DNA of 64,000 nt from an uncultured Candidatus Binatia bacterium (GTDB lineage Bacteria; Desulfobacterota; Binatia; UBA9968; JAJDTQ01). A model generated the notes under the pieces. The model searched no databases and was not told the origin of the DNA. It worked only from the letters and a program-made list of their open reading frames with translations. This document shows positions 48,955-58,242 of this stretch, one piece after another. Location: the NCBI GenBank assembly GCA_965242525.1, contig OZ251459.1, positions 1,728,001-1,792,000 of the forward strand, read 5' to 3'. Position numbers and translations under genes: made by a program. The first letter of the stretch is position 1. The number at the start of each line of letters is the position of its first letter.

Positions 48955-51207
48955 TTGGCCTATCGAACCGTCGGAAAGCCCCTGCCCCGCATCGAAGGCG
49001 CGGACAAGGTGACGGGCGCCACCCGGTACGCCGCGGACCTGCCCATACCCGAATCCCTGTACGCCAAGGTCCTTCGCAGCCCGTGGCCCCACGCCCGCCT
49101 GCGCAGCGTGGACACGGCCGGGGCCCGGGCGCTGCCGGGCGTCCACGCGGTGCTCACCGGCGCGGACCTGCCCCATGTGCGGGTGGGGCTGCGCATGAAG
49201 GACATGCCCGTGCTGGCCGTGGACAAGGTGCGGTTCGTGGGCGACCCGGTGGCCGCGGTGGCCGCGGACACGCCCGAGGCCGCCGAGGCGGCGCTCCGGC
49301 TCATCGAGGCGGACTACGAGCAACTCCCCGGGGTCTTCGATCCGCTGGAGGCCGTCGAGCCCGGCGCCGCGGCGCTGCACGACGCCCCCCGGGCTTACAG
49401 GAACGCTCCGCCGTTGCCCGAAGGCGTTCCCGACCACCGGCCCAACGTGCAGTCCCACAACGTGTGGCGGAACGGCGACCTGGAAGCCGGCTTCGGAGAC
49501 GCGGACAGGGTCTTCGAGAACGCCTTCGCCACGCAACTGGCCCACCACGGCTACCTGGAGCCCCACGCCTGCACGGTGGCGGTGGACGCCTCGGGCAACG
49601 TGGAGGTGTGGGCCTCCAACAAGGGGCCCTTCGCGCTCAAGAACCGCTTGGCCCAGGACCTGGGCATCGATCCCGGGAAGGTCAAGGTGCACATCCTCCC
49701 GGTGGGCGGCGACTTCGGCGGCAAGGCTTCGATGATCGACACGCCGGTGTGCTACTTCCTGGCCAAGCGCACGGGCAGGCCGGTGCGCATGGTCCTCACC
49801 TACACCGAGGAGATCGCCACGGCCGCGCACCGGCATCCGGCCGTGGTCACGCTGCGCACCGGGGTCAGGAAGGACGGGACCCTCACGGCCATGGACGCCA
49901 GGGTCACGTTCGCGGGCGGGGCCTACGCGGCGTGGAAGGCCAACCCCGAGATCACGGTGCTGGGGGCCCGGCGGCTGGCCAGCTACTACCGGGTGCCCGC
50001 CATCCGCATCGAGACCGTCTGCGCCTACACCAACCAGGTTCCGTGCACCCAGACCCGCACTCCGGGGAGCCCGCAGATCGTCTTCGCCGTAGAGTCGCAA
50101 ATGGGACTCATGGCCCGGGAGATGGGCATCGATCCGGCAGAGTTCCGGCTCCGCAACCTGCTGGACCCGGGCGACGCCTCGCCGCTGGGCGCCCGGTGGG
50201 ACGGCATCCTGGCCAAGGAGACCCTGGAGAAGGCAGTGGAGGCGTCCGGCTGGCGTCAGCGCCCCCCGGGCGCCAACCGGGGCCGCGGCATCGCCCTCTA
50301 CGAACGGGGCGCCGGCGGCGGCAACGCCCATGCGGCCATCGAGCTGGACGAAGACGGCGCGGTCACGGTCCTGGTGGGGGTCCCGGACGTGGGGCCCGGA
50401 ATCCACACCGCCATCGCGCAGATCGTGAGCGAGACCCTGGGCGTCGGGCCGGAAAGCGTGCGCATCCGGGTGGAAGACACCGACAACTCGCCCTGGGACC
50501 CGGGCACCGGCGGCAGCAAGTCCACCAACACCACCGGACACGCGGCCCACAAGGCGGCCCGGGAGGTGCACGAGAAGCTCGTGGAGTGCGCCGCCCGGAG
50601 CCTCGGTTGCGACCCCCGCCAAGTGGGGCGCGTGGACGGGCGCTTCGCCGCCCCCGAGGGACGCGAGCTGTCGTTCACGGAGGCGGCGCGCGCCGCGGTG
50701 GCCGAGGCCGGCGGCTCGTTCCGGCACGAGACGGTGTTCGAGCCCGAGAGCCAACCCCCCGTCACCTCCTTCGCGGCGCAGGTGGCGGAGGTGGAAGTGG
50801 ATCCGGAAACGGGGCAGGTACGGGTCACCCGGCTCACCACCGCCCACGACTCCGGCAAGATCCTCAACCACCTGACCTACCAGGGCCAGATCGACGGCGG
50901 CGTGGTCAACGGCGTGGGCTTCGCGCTGATGGAGGACAACCCCATGGCCGACGGCCGCATCACCACACTGAACCTCGGGGACTTCAAGCTGCCGTGCGCC
51001 AAGGACATCCCCAGGCTCGACACCGTGTTCGTGGAGCAGGGCCAGGGACCCGTGCCGTTCCAGGGAAAGGCCATCGGCGAACTTCCCAACGTGCCCACTG
51101 CCGCGGCCATCGCCAACGCCGTGGCCGACGCCGTGGGCGTTCGGGTCCACGACCTGCCGCTCACCGCGGAGAAAGTCTATTCGCGCCTGCGCGAGTCCCG
51201 GGAATGA
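48955..51207 (+). CDS. Xanthine dehydrogenase-family molybdopterin-binding subunit
   Basis: KVTGATRYAAD, LRSPWPHA, VGGDFGGK, AEVEVDPETG, GQIDGG, KAIGE; TTG start after GGAGG. Confidence 0.93.
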   Translation: MAYRTVGKPLPRIEGADKVTGATRYAADLPIPESLYAKVLRSPWPHARLRSVDTAGARALPGVHAVLTGADLPHVRVGLRMKDMPVLAVDKVRFVGDPVAAVAADTPEAAEAALRLIEADYEQLPGVFDPLEAVEPGAAALHDAPRAYRNAPPLPEGVPDHRPNVQSHNVWRNGDLEAGFGDADRVFENAFATQLAHHGYLEPHACTVAVDASGNVEVWASNKGPFALKNRLAQDLGIDPGKVKVHILPVGGDFGGKASMIDTPVCYFLAKRTGRPVRMVLTYTEEIATAAHRHPAVVTLRTGVRKDGTLTAMDARVTFAGGAYAAWKANPEITVLGARRLASYYRVPAIRIETVCAYTNQVPCTQTRTPGSPQIVFAVESQMGLMAREMGIDPAEFRLRNLLDPGDASPLGARWDGILAKETLEKAVEASGWRQRPPGANRGRGIALYERGAGGGNAHAAIELDEDGAVTVLVGVPDVGPGIHTAIAQIVSETLGVGPESVRIRVEDTDNSPWDPGTGGSKSTNTTGHAAHKAAREVHEKLVECAARSLGCDPRQVGRVDGRFAAPEGRELSFTEAARAAVAEAGGSFRHETVFEPESQPPVTSFAAQVAEVEVDPETGQVRVTRLTTAHDSGKILNHLTYQGQIDGGVVNGVGFALMEDNPMADGRITTLNLGDFKLPCAKDIPRLDTVFVEQGQGPVPFQGKAIGELPNVPTAAAIANAVADAVGVRVHDLPLTAEKVYSRLRESRE

Positions 51208-51262
51208 GTCCCGGGGTCCGGACCGGCTGCTGACCTTCACCGCCGCCCAAAGGAGGTTCCAC

Positions 51263-52513
51263 ATGGTACGGTACGCGTCCAAGCTCACCTACGGCAACGA
51301 GGTCTCGGACTGGCAGGAGCGGCTGAACACGGACCGCATGCGCCGGGAGCGGGCCGAACGGGCCCGGAGGATCATGCGCGAGCACGGCATCCCCGCGCTG
51401 CTGGAGGCCAACTCCGCCAACATCCGCTACCTCACAGGGCTCAAGGGCTTCAATTACCCCATGTGCCGTTACACCCTCTTCTTCGCCGACCACGACCCGA
51501 TCATGTACGAGCACAGCGGCCACTTCCACCAGATGCCGGACCAGGCGCCGTGGATCACGGAATGGCGGCCGGCGAGGTCCTGGCTGACCGCGGCCTGCGG
51601 CATCGAGGCGGCCAGGGACGAAGCCCGGCAGTTCGCCGCGGACATCCGCGGCGAACTCGAGAGCCGAGGGCTGCTGGACGAGAAGGTCGGCTTCAGCGCC
51701 TTCGACGGCATTGCCCGCGAGGCCCTCGTCAACGCCGGGGTCAGGAACCTGGTGGACTTCGGCTTGGTGATGAAGGAGATCCGCAAGGTCAAGACGCACG
51801 ACGAGATCGAGTGCCTCAAGACCGCGGCGGCCATCGTCGAGGGCGTGTGGTACCGCATCTGGGAGAGCGCCAAGCCCGGGGTCCGGGACACCGAGCTCTC
51901 GGGGGTCGCCACCAAGGCCGGCTACGACATGGGGGCGGAGTCGGCGCCGCCCGGAGGCTGGCGCTCCGGACCCACCACCTTCGACCGGGGCTTCCACCAG
52001 TCCAGCCGTCTCCTGCAGACGGGCGACCTGCTCTACGGCTCCCTGTGCGGGTTGACCTACCAGGGCTACGCCACCTGCACCTACCGGACGTTCATCGTGG
52101 GCAGGAAACCCACCGCCAGGGAGCAGGACTGGTACAAGCGGGTGAAGGACAGCATCGACGGCGTCATCGACAGCATCAAGCCCGGCAGGACCACCGCGGA
52201 CGCGGCCAAGCACTTCCCGCCGGCGTCGAGCTGGGGCTACGAGGAGGAATGCGAGGTGCTGGCCAGCGAGATCGGCCACGGCATCGGCCTCACCCAGGGA
52301 AGCACCAACTACGACATCCCCATCATCAACCGCCAGTGGTCACTCAAGTATCCGCAGGTGTTCGAGGAAGGCATGACCATCGCCATCGAAAGCCGCGAAG
52401 GCGAGACCCGCGTGGGCGGCGTGCGGCTGGAGAACATGGTGGTGGTGACCCGGGACGGCGCCGAGATCATGGACCACTTTCCCCGGGAAGAGATCCTCGT
52501 GGCGCCGCGCTGA
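51263..52513 (+). CDS. M24 Xaa-Pro peptidase/creatinase-like protein
   Basis: NIRYLTG, VKTHDEI, GHGIGL, GMTIAIE, GVRLEN. Confidence 0.88.
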   Translation: MVRYASKLTYGNEVSDWQERLNTDRMRRERAERARRIMREHGIPALLEANSANIRYLTGLKGFNYPMCRYTLFFADHDPIMYEHSGHFHQMPDQAPWITEWRPARSWLTAACGIEAARDEARQFAADIRGELESRGLLDEKVGFSAFDGIAREALVNAGVRNLVDFGLVMKEIRKVKTHDEIECLKTAAAIVEGVWYRIWESAKPGVRDTELSGVATKAGYDMGAESAPPGGWRSGPTTFDRGFHQSSRLLQTGDLLYGSLCGLTYQGYATCTYRTFIVGRKPTAREQDWYKRVKDSIDGVIDSIKPGRTTADAAKHFPPASSWGYEEECEVLASEIGHGIGLTQGSTNYDIPIINRQWSLKYPQVFEEGMTIAIESREGETRVGGVRLENMVVVTRDGAEIMDHFPREEILVAPR

Positions 52514-52609
52514 CGCGGGCAGGAACCCCCGCTCCCGGGAAGGCAGCGCCCGAGCGGCTCCGGAGGCGCGTAACCGGGAGCGGCCCGGGCCGCGCGCTTT
52601 CCGAGGGCC

Positions 52610-55297
52610 TCAATCCACGATGGAATTGACCGCGGCCGCGGTAACGGAGAGACTCTGGATGAGTTGGGCAGCCAGTGTCCAGACTCGTACGGGTTCGACG
52701 TACTCCGCGTCCAGGGGCACGACGATGCTGTCGCCCGGCCGAATCGCCGCAGTCACGTTGCTCCGGTAGAAGAACCGGGAGGCCGTGTCCTCGGCCACCA
52801 CCCCGCCGCTGGCCCGAAGGACGTAGATCCGGGGCACGTCGGCCTTGTCCGTCGTTCCTCCGGACAACCGGATGTAGTCATCGCGGTCCAGGTCCGGGTC
52901 GTACAGATGCGCCGCGGCGCGTTGCACCTCGCCAAGCACGGAGACCTCCTGGGGGATCTCCGGAACGAGGAGGTGGTCCCCGTGTTGCATGACGACGTCC
53001 TTTTCGCTGTCGCCTGCGACGATGGCCGGCAGATCGATGACCAACCGGCCCGTGGCCCTGGTGTTGCGGAGTCGGTTCAGCAACGTCTGGCCCGTTGCGA
53101 GCCGTTGGGACCCCTCCTCGCTGCCGATGGCGACCGAAGCCAGATCCCTCTCGAAGCGGTCGGCGAGTTGTCGGATGTTTTCCTGTTCCCGCCGCTGGAG
53201 TTCCGTGCGCAAGAATATGGCTCCCTGAGCAAAGGCGTCGTCCGTGAGGCCGCCGGCCCGCTGCAACAGTCGGGATAGGCGTTCGCCCCTGACTATGGAA
53301 TAGTTGCCCGGGAAACGCACTCGGCCCGACACCACCACGGTGCGCCTTTCGGCTGCCGAGCGTCTCTTGACGTAGAGTTGATCCAACGGTTCGATCTGGA
53401 TGTCGGCTGCCGGATCACCCGCGAGGACGCCCGCCAGATCAACCGGGACGGTATTCCATATGCGTTCGTTTCCAACGAGCGAATAGCGCAACAACTCCGC
53501 CTCGGTCCTGTAGGCGACGCGGTTGAGCCCTCCGCCGGCTCGGATGAGGTCGCTGACGCGCATCCCTTTCACGACCGGATAAGTGCCCTGGATCCGCACA
53601 CCCCCCCCCACGGTGACCGCCCGATCCCTTTCGATCAGATCGCGAACTATCTCTTCCCTGGACACTCCTCTGCGGAACACGTAAACGGTATCCCGCGGAA
53701 GCAGCGTCACGTCGGCTGCCGTCCGGGGCTTTCTCCACGCCGCCTCGAGGTTCGGGGAAAGCAGTTCGATCCGGGCATTGGGCTGGATCTCCCTGCGGAC
53801 GAGCAGGTAGCGCAGGTCGGACCGGGGTTTCAATGCGGCAGCGTCTGGCAACAGGTCCGTCAGCCACATGCCCGGCACCCACCCGAAGAGACCCGCCTGC
53901 TGTACATGGCCGGACAGCCGTACCGAGCGGTGCAGCTTGTCGAGCTTCACGGGAACCTGTACGATGTCTCCGCTCCTCATCGCTTCCCTGCCGACTCCGT
54001 CCCATCCGACTTCCCGCACCGAACTGCCCTGCGGCTCCACGCGCGTCACCCTGACCCCGGCGGCGCTCGCCGTCGCCAGACGACCCCCGGCCAGCGCGAT
54101 CAGGTCGGCCACCGTGGCCTCGCCTCGAACTTCGTAGATGGCAGGCCGCTTCACCTCGCCGTACACCGCCACGGTGTCTCCCACCGGCGGCACGAAGACC
54201 ACGTCGCCCTGCTGAACCCGCACGTCGCCTCGGTTGTCTCCGTGCAGCAGGAAGTCATAGAGGTCGAGTCTCGAAACCACGCGTCCGCCCCGCTTGACCT
54301 CGATCCGCCTGAGGGAGCCGGTCTCCTTGACTCCGCGGGCGGCCAGGAGCGCGTTGACCACAGTGGAAAATCCGCTCACCAGATGGCGCCCGGGGCGCTC
54401 CACGTCACCGAGGACGAAGACGTTGATGGACCGCAGCGGGCCCAAGGTCACGCTGACACGCACTCCGATTAGCTGCTTCGCGACCCGGAGCGCGACTTCC
54501 CTCCTCAACGATTCCAAACTCAGGCCCGCCACGGAGATAGACCCGAGCTCGGGAAAGTTGAGGACGCCGTCGCGGTTCACCACCAGTCGATACGCCGCGT
54601 TCGTGTTGCCGAAGAGATTCAAGTCGATGCTGTCTCCCGGACCGATGATGTAGCCCACCGGCACCGAGACGTTTATGTATTCGCTCCTGCGTGCGTTTCG
54701 AAAGAAGTCGTAACCGAACTTCTCCAGAGCGTCCACGCCCACAGGATCGAGCGGCAACAACGTCAAAGAGACCTGGAAACCCGCAAGGGCAGGCTCTGCA
54801 CGGAGCCTGACGTTGGCCTGTGCGACGTCGAGCCCCGCCAGACGAATGGGCAAAATGCCCGGAAGGTGGAGGAAACCCGAATCGTCGAGCCGATAGGGGT
54901 TCCCCGCTCGCAACGACGCCAGCATCAAGCTCGATGAGGGGGCGCCGGCGGCGAAATCGAGGACGACCGTTGCGCGGGGCTCCAACCGGGGGGCTTGGGG
55001 GGCTTGGGGGGCTTGGGGGGCTTGGGGGGCTTGGGGGGCTTGGGGGGCTTGGGGGGCTTGGGGGGCTTGGGGGGCTTGGGGGGCTTGGGGGGCTTGGGGG
55101 GCTTGGGGGGCTTGGGGGGCTTGGGGGGCTTTTCCCAACTCATTCAGAATCCGCTGCCGCACCGACTCCGGCTGAGACTCGATCAGCTTGCGTATCGTTC
55201 CTGGAAGCCCTTGAGCCCTCGCCGCGGCAACGTCGCACGCGATCATCGCGAGAATCAACGCCAACGGCCAACCCACCCGTGGTCGCAGCATGCTCAT
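52610..55297 (-). CDS. Polysaccharide export protein with multiple SLBB domains (Wza/KpsD-like)
   Basis: FGYDFF, YIIGPGD, repeated V.GEV.RP SLBB units, GDSIVVP. Confidence 0.9.
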   Translation of the reverse strand: MSMLRPRVGWPLALILAMIACDVAAARAQGLPGTIRKLIESQPESVRQRILNELGKAPQAPQAPQAPQAPQAPQAPQAPQAPQAPQAPQAPQAPQAPQAPQAPRLEPRATVVLDFAAGAPSSSLMLASLRAGNPYRLDDSGFLHLPGILPIRLAGLDVAQANVRLRAEPALAGFQVSLTLLPLDPVGVDALEKFGYDFFRNARRSEYINVSVPVGYIIGPGDSIDLNLFGNTNAAYRLVVNRDGVLNFPELGSISVAGLSLESLRREVALRVAKQLIGVRVSVTLGPLRSINVFVLGDVERPGRHLVSGFSTVVNALLAARGVKETGSLRRIEVKRGGRVVSRLDLYDFLLHGDNRGDVRVQQGDVVFVPPVGDTVAVYGEVKRPAIYEVRGEATVADLIALAGGRLATASAAGVRVTRVEPQGSSVREVGWDGVGREAMRSGDIVQVPVKLDKLHRSVRLSGHVQQAGLFGWVPGMWLTDLLPDAAALKPRSDLRYLLVRREIQPNARIELLSPNLEAAWRKPRTAADVTLLPRDTVYVFRRGVSREEIVRDLIERDRAVTVGGGVRIQGTYPVVKGMRVSDLIRAGGGLNRVAYRTEAELLRYSLVGNERIWNTVPVDLAGVLAGDPAADIQIEPLDQLYVKRRSAAERRTVVVSGRVRFPGNYSIVRGERLSRLLQRAGGLTDDAFAQGAIFLRTELQRREQENIRQLADRFERDLASVAIGSEEGSQRLATGQTLLNRLRNTRATGRLVIDLPAIVAGDSEKDVVMQHGDHLLVPEIPQEVSVLGEVQRAAAHLYDPDLDRDDYIRLSGGTTDKADVPRIYVLRASGGVVAEDTASRFFYRSNVTAAIRPGDSIVVPLDAEYVEPVRVWTLAAQLIQSLSVTAAAVNSIVD
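54988..55131 (+). repeat. Perfect (GGGGGGCTT)16 tandem repeat, encoding (APQ)n in the export protein
   Basis: Counted directly. Confidence 0.95.
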
Positions 55298-55334
55298 GGA
55301 TTCCGTCTCCTTCCCTCTACTCCCTCTGAACCCG

Positions 55335-56807
55335 TCAGAAGTCCCGCCGCCAGCGGAAGTAGCCCCGCACATCCGTCCGCGTGCGCCCGGTATCCAGACG
55401 AAGCAGGTCGAAGCCCCCTCCCCACTCGAAGCGGCCCCAGCGGGTATCGCGCCGGTGGAACACCTCCAGGTTCGTCAACCCCGTCGAACCGTCCAGCACC
55501 GGCTGTGTCCCGCGGCCTCGGTTCAACCTGGCATGGCGCAACACGCCGCCCCATTCCCGGCCTCGTCGGGTGACCACGAGGCCGCCGAGGGAAACGCCGC
55601 GGGCATCGCCCCCGAAAGAAGATCCGATGCTCCGGCCCCGGTGGCGATACCCCGTCCGGTAAACCGAGTGACCATAGGCGCAGCCGAACTTCTCGTTGCC
55701 CGCGAAGTTGCACGCGGTATCGGTGGCCTCGGCGAAGACCAGGAGGCCGTTGCCGCCCCACCGGCCCAGGTACTCGACCCCCACCAACCCCAGCCATCCG
55801 CCCCGCCGCCCGCCACCGGACCCGTGCCCTGCCGCGGCCTGCCCGTAGATGGCGTGCGGGAAGAAAGAGTAGCCGGACCGCGGCGCATAGCGAACGCTCA
55901 CGCCCGTCAACCGGTTGCCGACCTCGCCCTCGGGCGCGTCTGCTCCTGCGCCGTCCCTCCCCGTGAAGAGGTTTCCCAACGTACCCAGGTCGCAGGGACG
56001 GCCGCGGCCGCACCACACCGCGGTGCGCTCCAGGCCGACCTCGAGTCCCGGCAACGGCTTGAAGTCCAACTGCCAGCCAAGGAAGAGGGCGTTGGGAACC
56101 GCCCGGCCGCCTTCCAGCCGCCCCAGCATGACGCTCGTGCTCCAAGGGCCCAGCCAACGCAGCCATCTCGTACCGAAAGGGTCGGGAAAATTGCGTTGCA
56201 CGGAGAGCGCCGGTATCGGACGCGCGTTGTTGGACAGGACCAAGCTGCCGTCCCAACCCGGACCCCACCAGCGGTCCACGGCGCCCACGGCGACCATCCA
56301 GTTGCCCAGGGCGAGGGCGAGATAGGAACCGTCCCCGCGGACCTTGCCGTCGTCCGCCGACCCGCCTCTGGCGGCGGCAATCGCCAATCGTCCGGCCGCG
56401 TATTCGTCGATCCAATCGACCTTGACCCTGGTCTCCACGGTGCTGCGCGGCGTGTCGAGGAAATTCCTCACGCGCATGGGGCTCGCCATGACCGAAAGCT
56501 CGCTCTCGGTCGTCAACTCCCGCACCCGCGTCTCGTACCCGACCTGCCACCTGACCCGAGCCAGCGCCGCGGACTCGGCCTCGCTCAAGCCGGCCCTGTC
56601 CTCGAAGTTCGTGACGTCCCGAGCCACGCTTCCCCAGGGTATGGGCCATGCCATCATGGGCGCGGAAACCACGCCCGCGTCCGCCAGGAGCCGCAGGTCG
56701 TACCGGAGCGCCCAGTCCCCGGGGCCGATCCATGGACCGGCCCCGGCCGCGCTCCAGGACAGGGCGCCCGTCACAACCAGCCCGAATATCGCGAGCGTCC
56801 GAATCAC
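55335..56807 (-). CDS. Capsule assembly Wzi-family outer-membrane protein (start approximate)
   Basis: LRYDLRLLAD.G...WP, DRWWGPGWDGSLVLSNNARP, C-terminal F. Confidence 0.85.
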   Translation of the reverse strand: MIRTLAIFGLVVTGALSWSAAGAGPWIGPGDWALRYDLRLLADAGVVSAPMMAWPIPWGSVARDVTNFEDRAGLSEAESAALARVRWQVGYETRVRELTTESELSVMASPMRVRNFLDTPRSTVETRVKVDWIDEYAAGRLAIAAARGGSADDGKVRGDGSYLALALGNWMVAVGAVDRWWGPGWDGSLVLSNNARPIPALSVQRNFPDPFGTRWLRWLGPWSTSVMLGRLEGGRAVPNALFLGWQLDFKPLPGLEVGLERTAVWCGRGRPCDLGTLGNLFTGRDGAGADAPEGEVGNRLTGVSVRYAPRSGYSFFPHAIYGQAAAGHGSGGGRRGGWLGLVGVEYLGRWGGNGLLVFAEATDTACNFAGNEKFGCAYGHSVYRTGYRHRGRSIGSSFGGDARGVSLGGLVVTRRGREWGGVLRHARLNRGRGTQPVLDGSTGLTNLEVFHRRDTRWGRFEWGGGFDLLRLDTGRTRTDVRGYFRWRRDF

Positions 56808-57051
56808 GTGTTCGTTGACGATGGCTTGCCATCGGACAGGATAGCAAGCAACGGATAGCGTCGCAATGGCCGCAGTCCTGCACGGAAAACGCTGCCCGCG
56901 TCCTCGACCGTCCTTGACATGTGGAGCCGTTGGCGTTAACTGAAGTGGGAGCCTGTATGAACGGGGCCGACTCCCGTACGGGAACCCCATACTCACATAC
57001 GTGCGTCCGTCCTTTTCCTGAAGCTCGAAGCCTTGATCCGGTAGCCGCTCG

Positions 57052-58233
57052 ATGGCCGTTGCCAACTCATATTCCCTCAGCCTGGATTCGATCTTGCCGA
57101 ACGTCCTCCACTACTGGGACGTGTTCCGACGGGCAAAGTGGAGTATCCTGGGTTGGACGTTGATTTTCGCGCTGGTGGGGGTGGGCTTCGCCGTGAACAC
57201 CATCAACGTGTATGAGGCCACCGTTATCGTGGCGCCGGCTCAAAGGGACAACAGACTGAGGAGCCAGGACATTCCCGGCAGTCTGCTTGGCGGACTGGGC
57301 AGCAGGTTGTTGGAAGATCTGGCGGGGAGTCCCGCCAGGAACTCCCAGCAGGCATTGAGGACCTTGAAGTCCCGCGATTTCCTGACGCGTTTCGTGGAGA
57401 GGCGCCAACTCCTGCGGAAGATGTTCAAGCCCGTCGCTTTCGCCCGGGATGCTTCGGAACGGAAGGCCTTGCAACAGGATGCTTTGCGGGATATTCCCGC
57501 CTTCCAGTTAACCGCCAGGAAACTGTTAGGGACCTATGGAAGATTCAAGAGGCGCATCTACGGCAAGGTGGAAGAACTCACGCAGAAACTGTACAAGCCT
57601 GTCGCTTTCGACCGGGACCGGGATGACCGGGACCGGGATGACCGGGACCGGGATGACCGGGACCGGGATGACCGGAACCGGGATGACCGGAACCGGGATG
57701 ACCGGAACCGGGATGACCGGAAGATCCGGCGAAATTCCGTCCCCACCCTGGAGGACGCCCAACGGAAGATCAAAAGGCGCATTGCAATCGAAAGAAGACC
57801 GAGGGAAGGCCTGATCAGGGTGAAAGTTCGCTGGGAGGACCCTGTGTTCGCGGCCGAGTGGGCCAACGCCTTGATAGAAGATCTCAATTCCGCCCTTCGG
57901 GAGACGGCCATCACAGATGCCCGAAAGAGGATCGCGTATCTGAATCGGGAACTCGACAAGACCAGCGTCATACCTCTCCGGCAATCCATCTACCGGCTGA
58001 TCGAGTCCGAGGTCCGCTCCATCATGTTCGCGGAAACACGCATCGATTATGCGCTCAAGGTAATCGATTCCGCAGTGCCCTCCGAGCCGGACCAGCCCAT
58101 CCGGCCCAATCGCAGTAACATTATATGGACGACAGCACTCACGGGCTTCGGCATCGGAGCTTTTTGGGCCGTCTGGCGTGACTCCATCCGCATGCTGAGA
58201 GGGCTGGTCGAGGAGAGTCGGGCCGCCCGATAG
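57052..58233 (+). CDS. Wzz/FepE-type chain-length determinant
   Basis: N- and C-terminal TMs, YEAT, coiled-coil, VIDSAVP...IRPNR. Confidence 0.85.
   Translation: MAVANSYSLSLDSILPNVLHYWDVFRRAKWSILGWTLIFALVGVGFAVNTINVYEATVIVAPAQRDNRLRSQDIPGSLLGGLGSRLLEDLAGSPARNSQQALRTLKSRDFLTRFVERRQLLRKMFKPVAFARDASERKALQQDALRDIPAFQLTARKLLGTYGRFKRRIYGKVEELTQKLYKPVAFDRDRDDRDRDDRDRDDRDRDDRNRDDRNRDDRNRDDRKIRRNSVPTLEDAQRKIKRRIAIERRPREGLIRVKVRWEDPVFAAEWANALIEDLNSALRETAITDARKRIAYLNRELDKTSVIPLRQSIYRLIESEVRSIMFAETRIDYALKVIDSAVPSEPDQPIRPNRSNIIWTTALTGFGIGAFWAVWRDSIRMLRGLVEESRAAR
57610..57720 (+). repeat. 15-bp tandem repeat x7.4 (DRDRD/DRNRD) inside the Wzz-like gene
   Basis: Four GACCGGGACCGGGAT units, three GACCGGAACCGGGAT units, then a partial unit. 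Confidence 0.95.
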
Positions 58234-58242
58234 ACCGCCGCC

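Noticed and set aside
54820-55573. GGL- or PKP-repeat small proteins
   Set aside because: Alternative frames of the 9-bp repeat within the export gene
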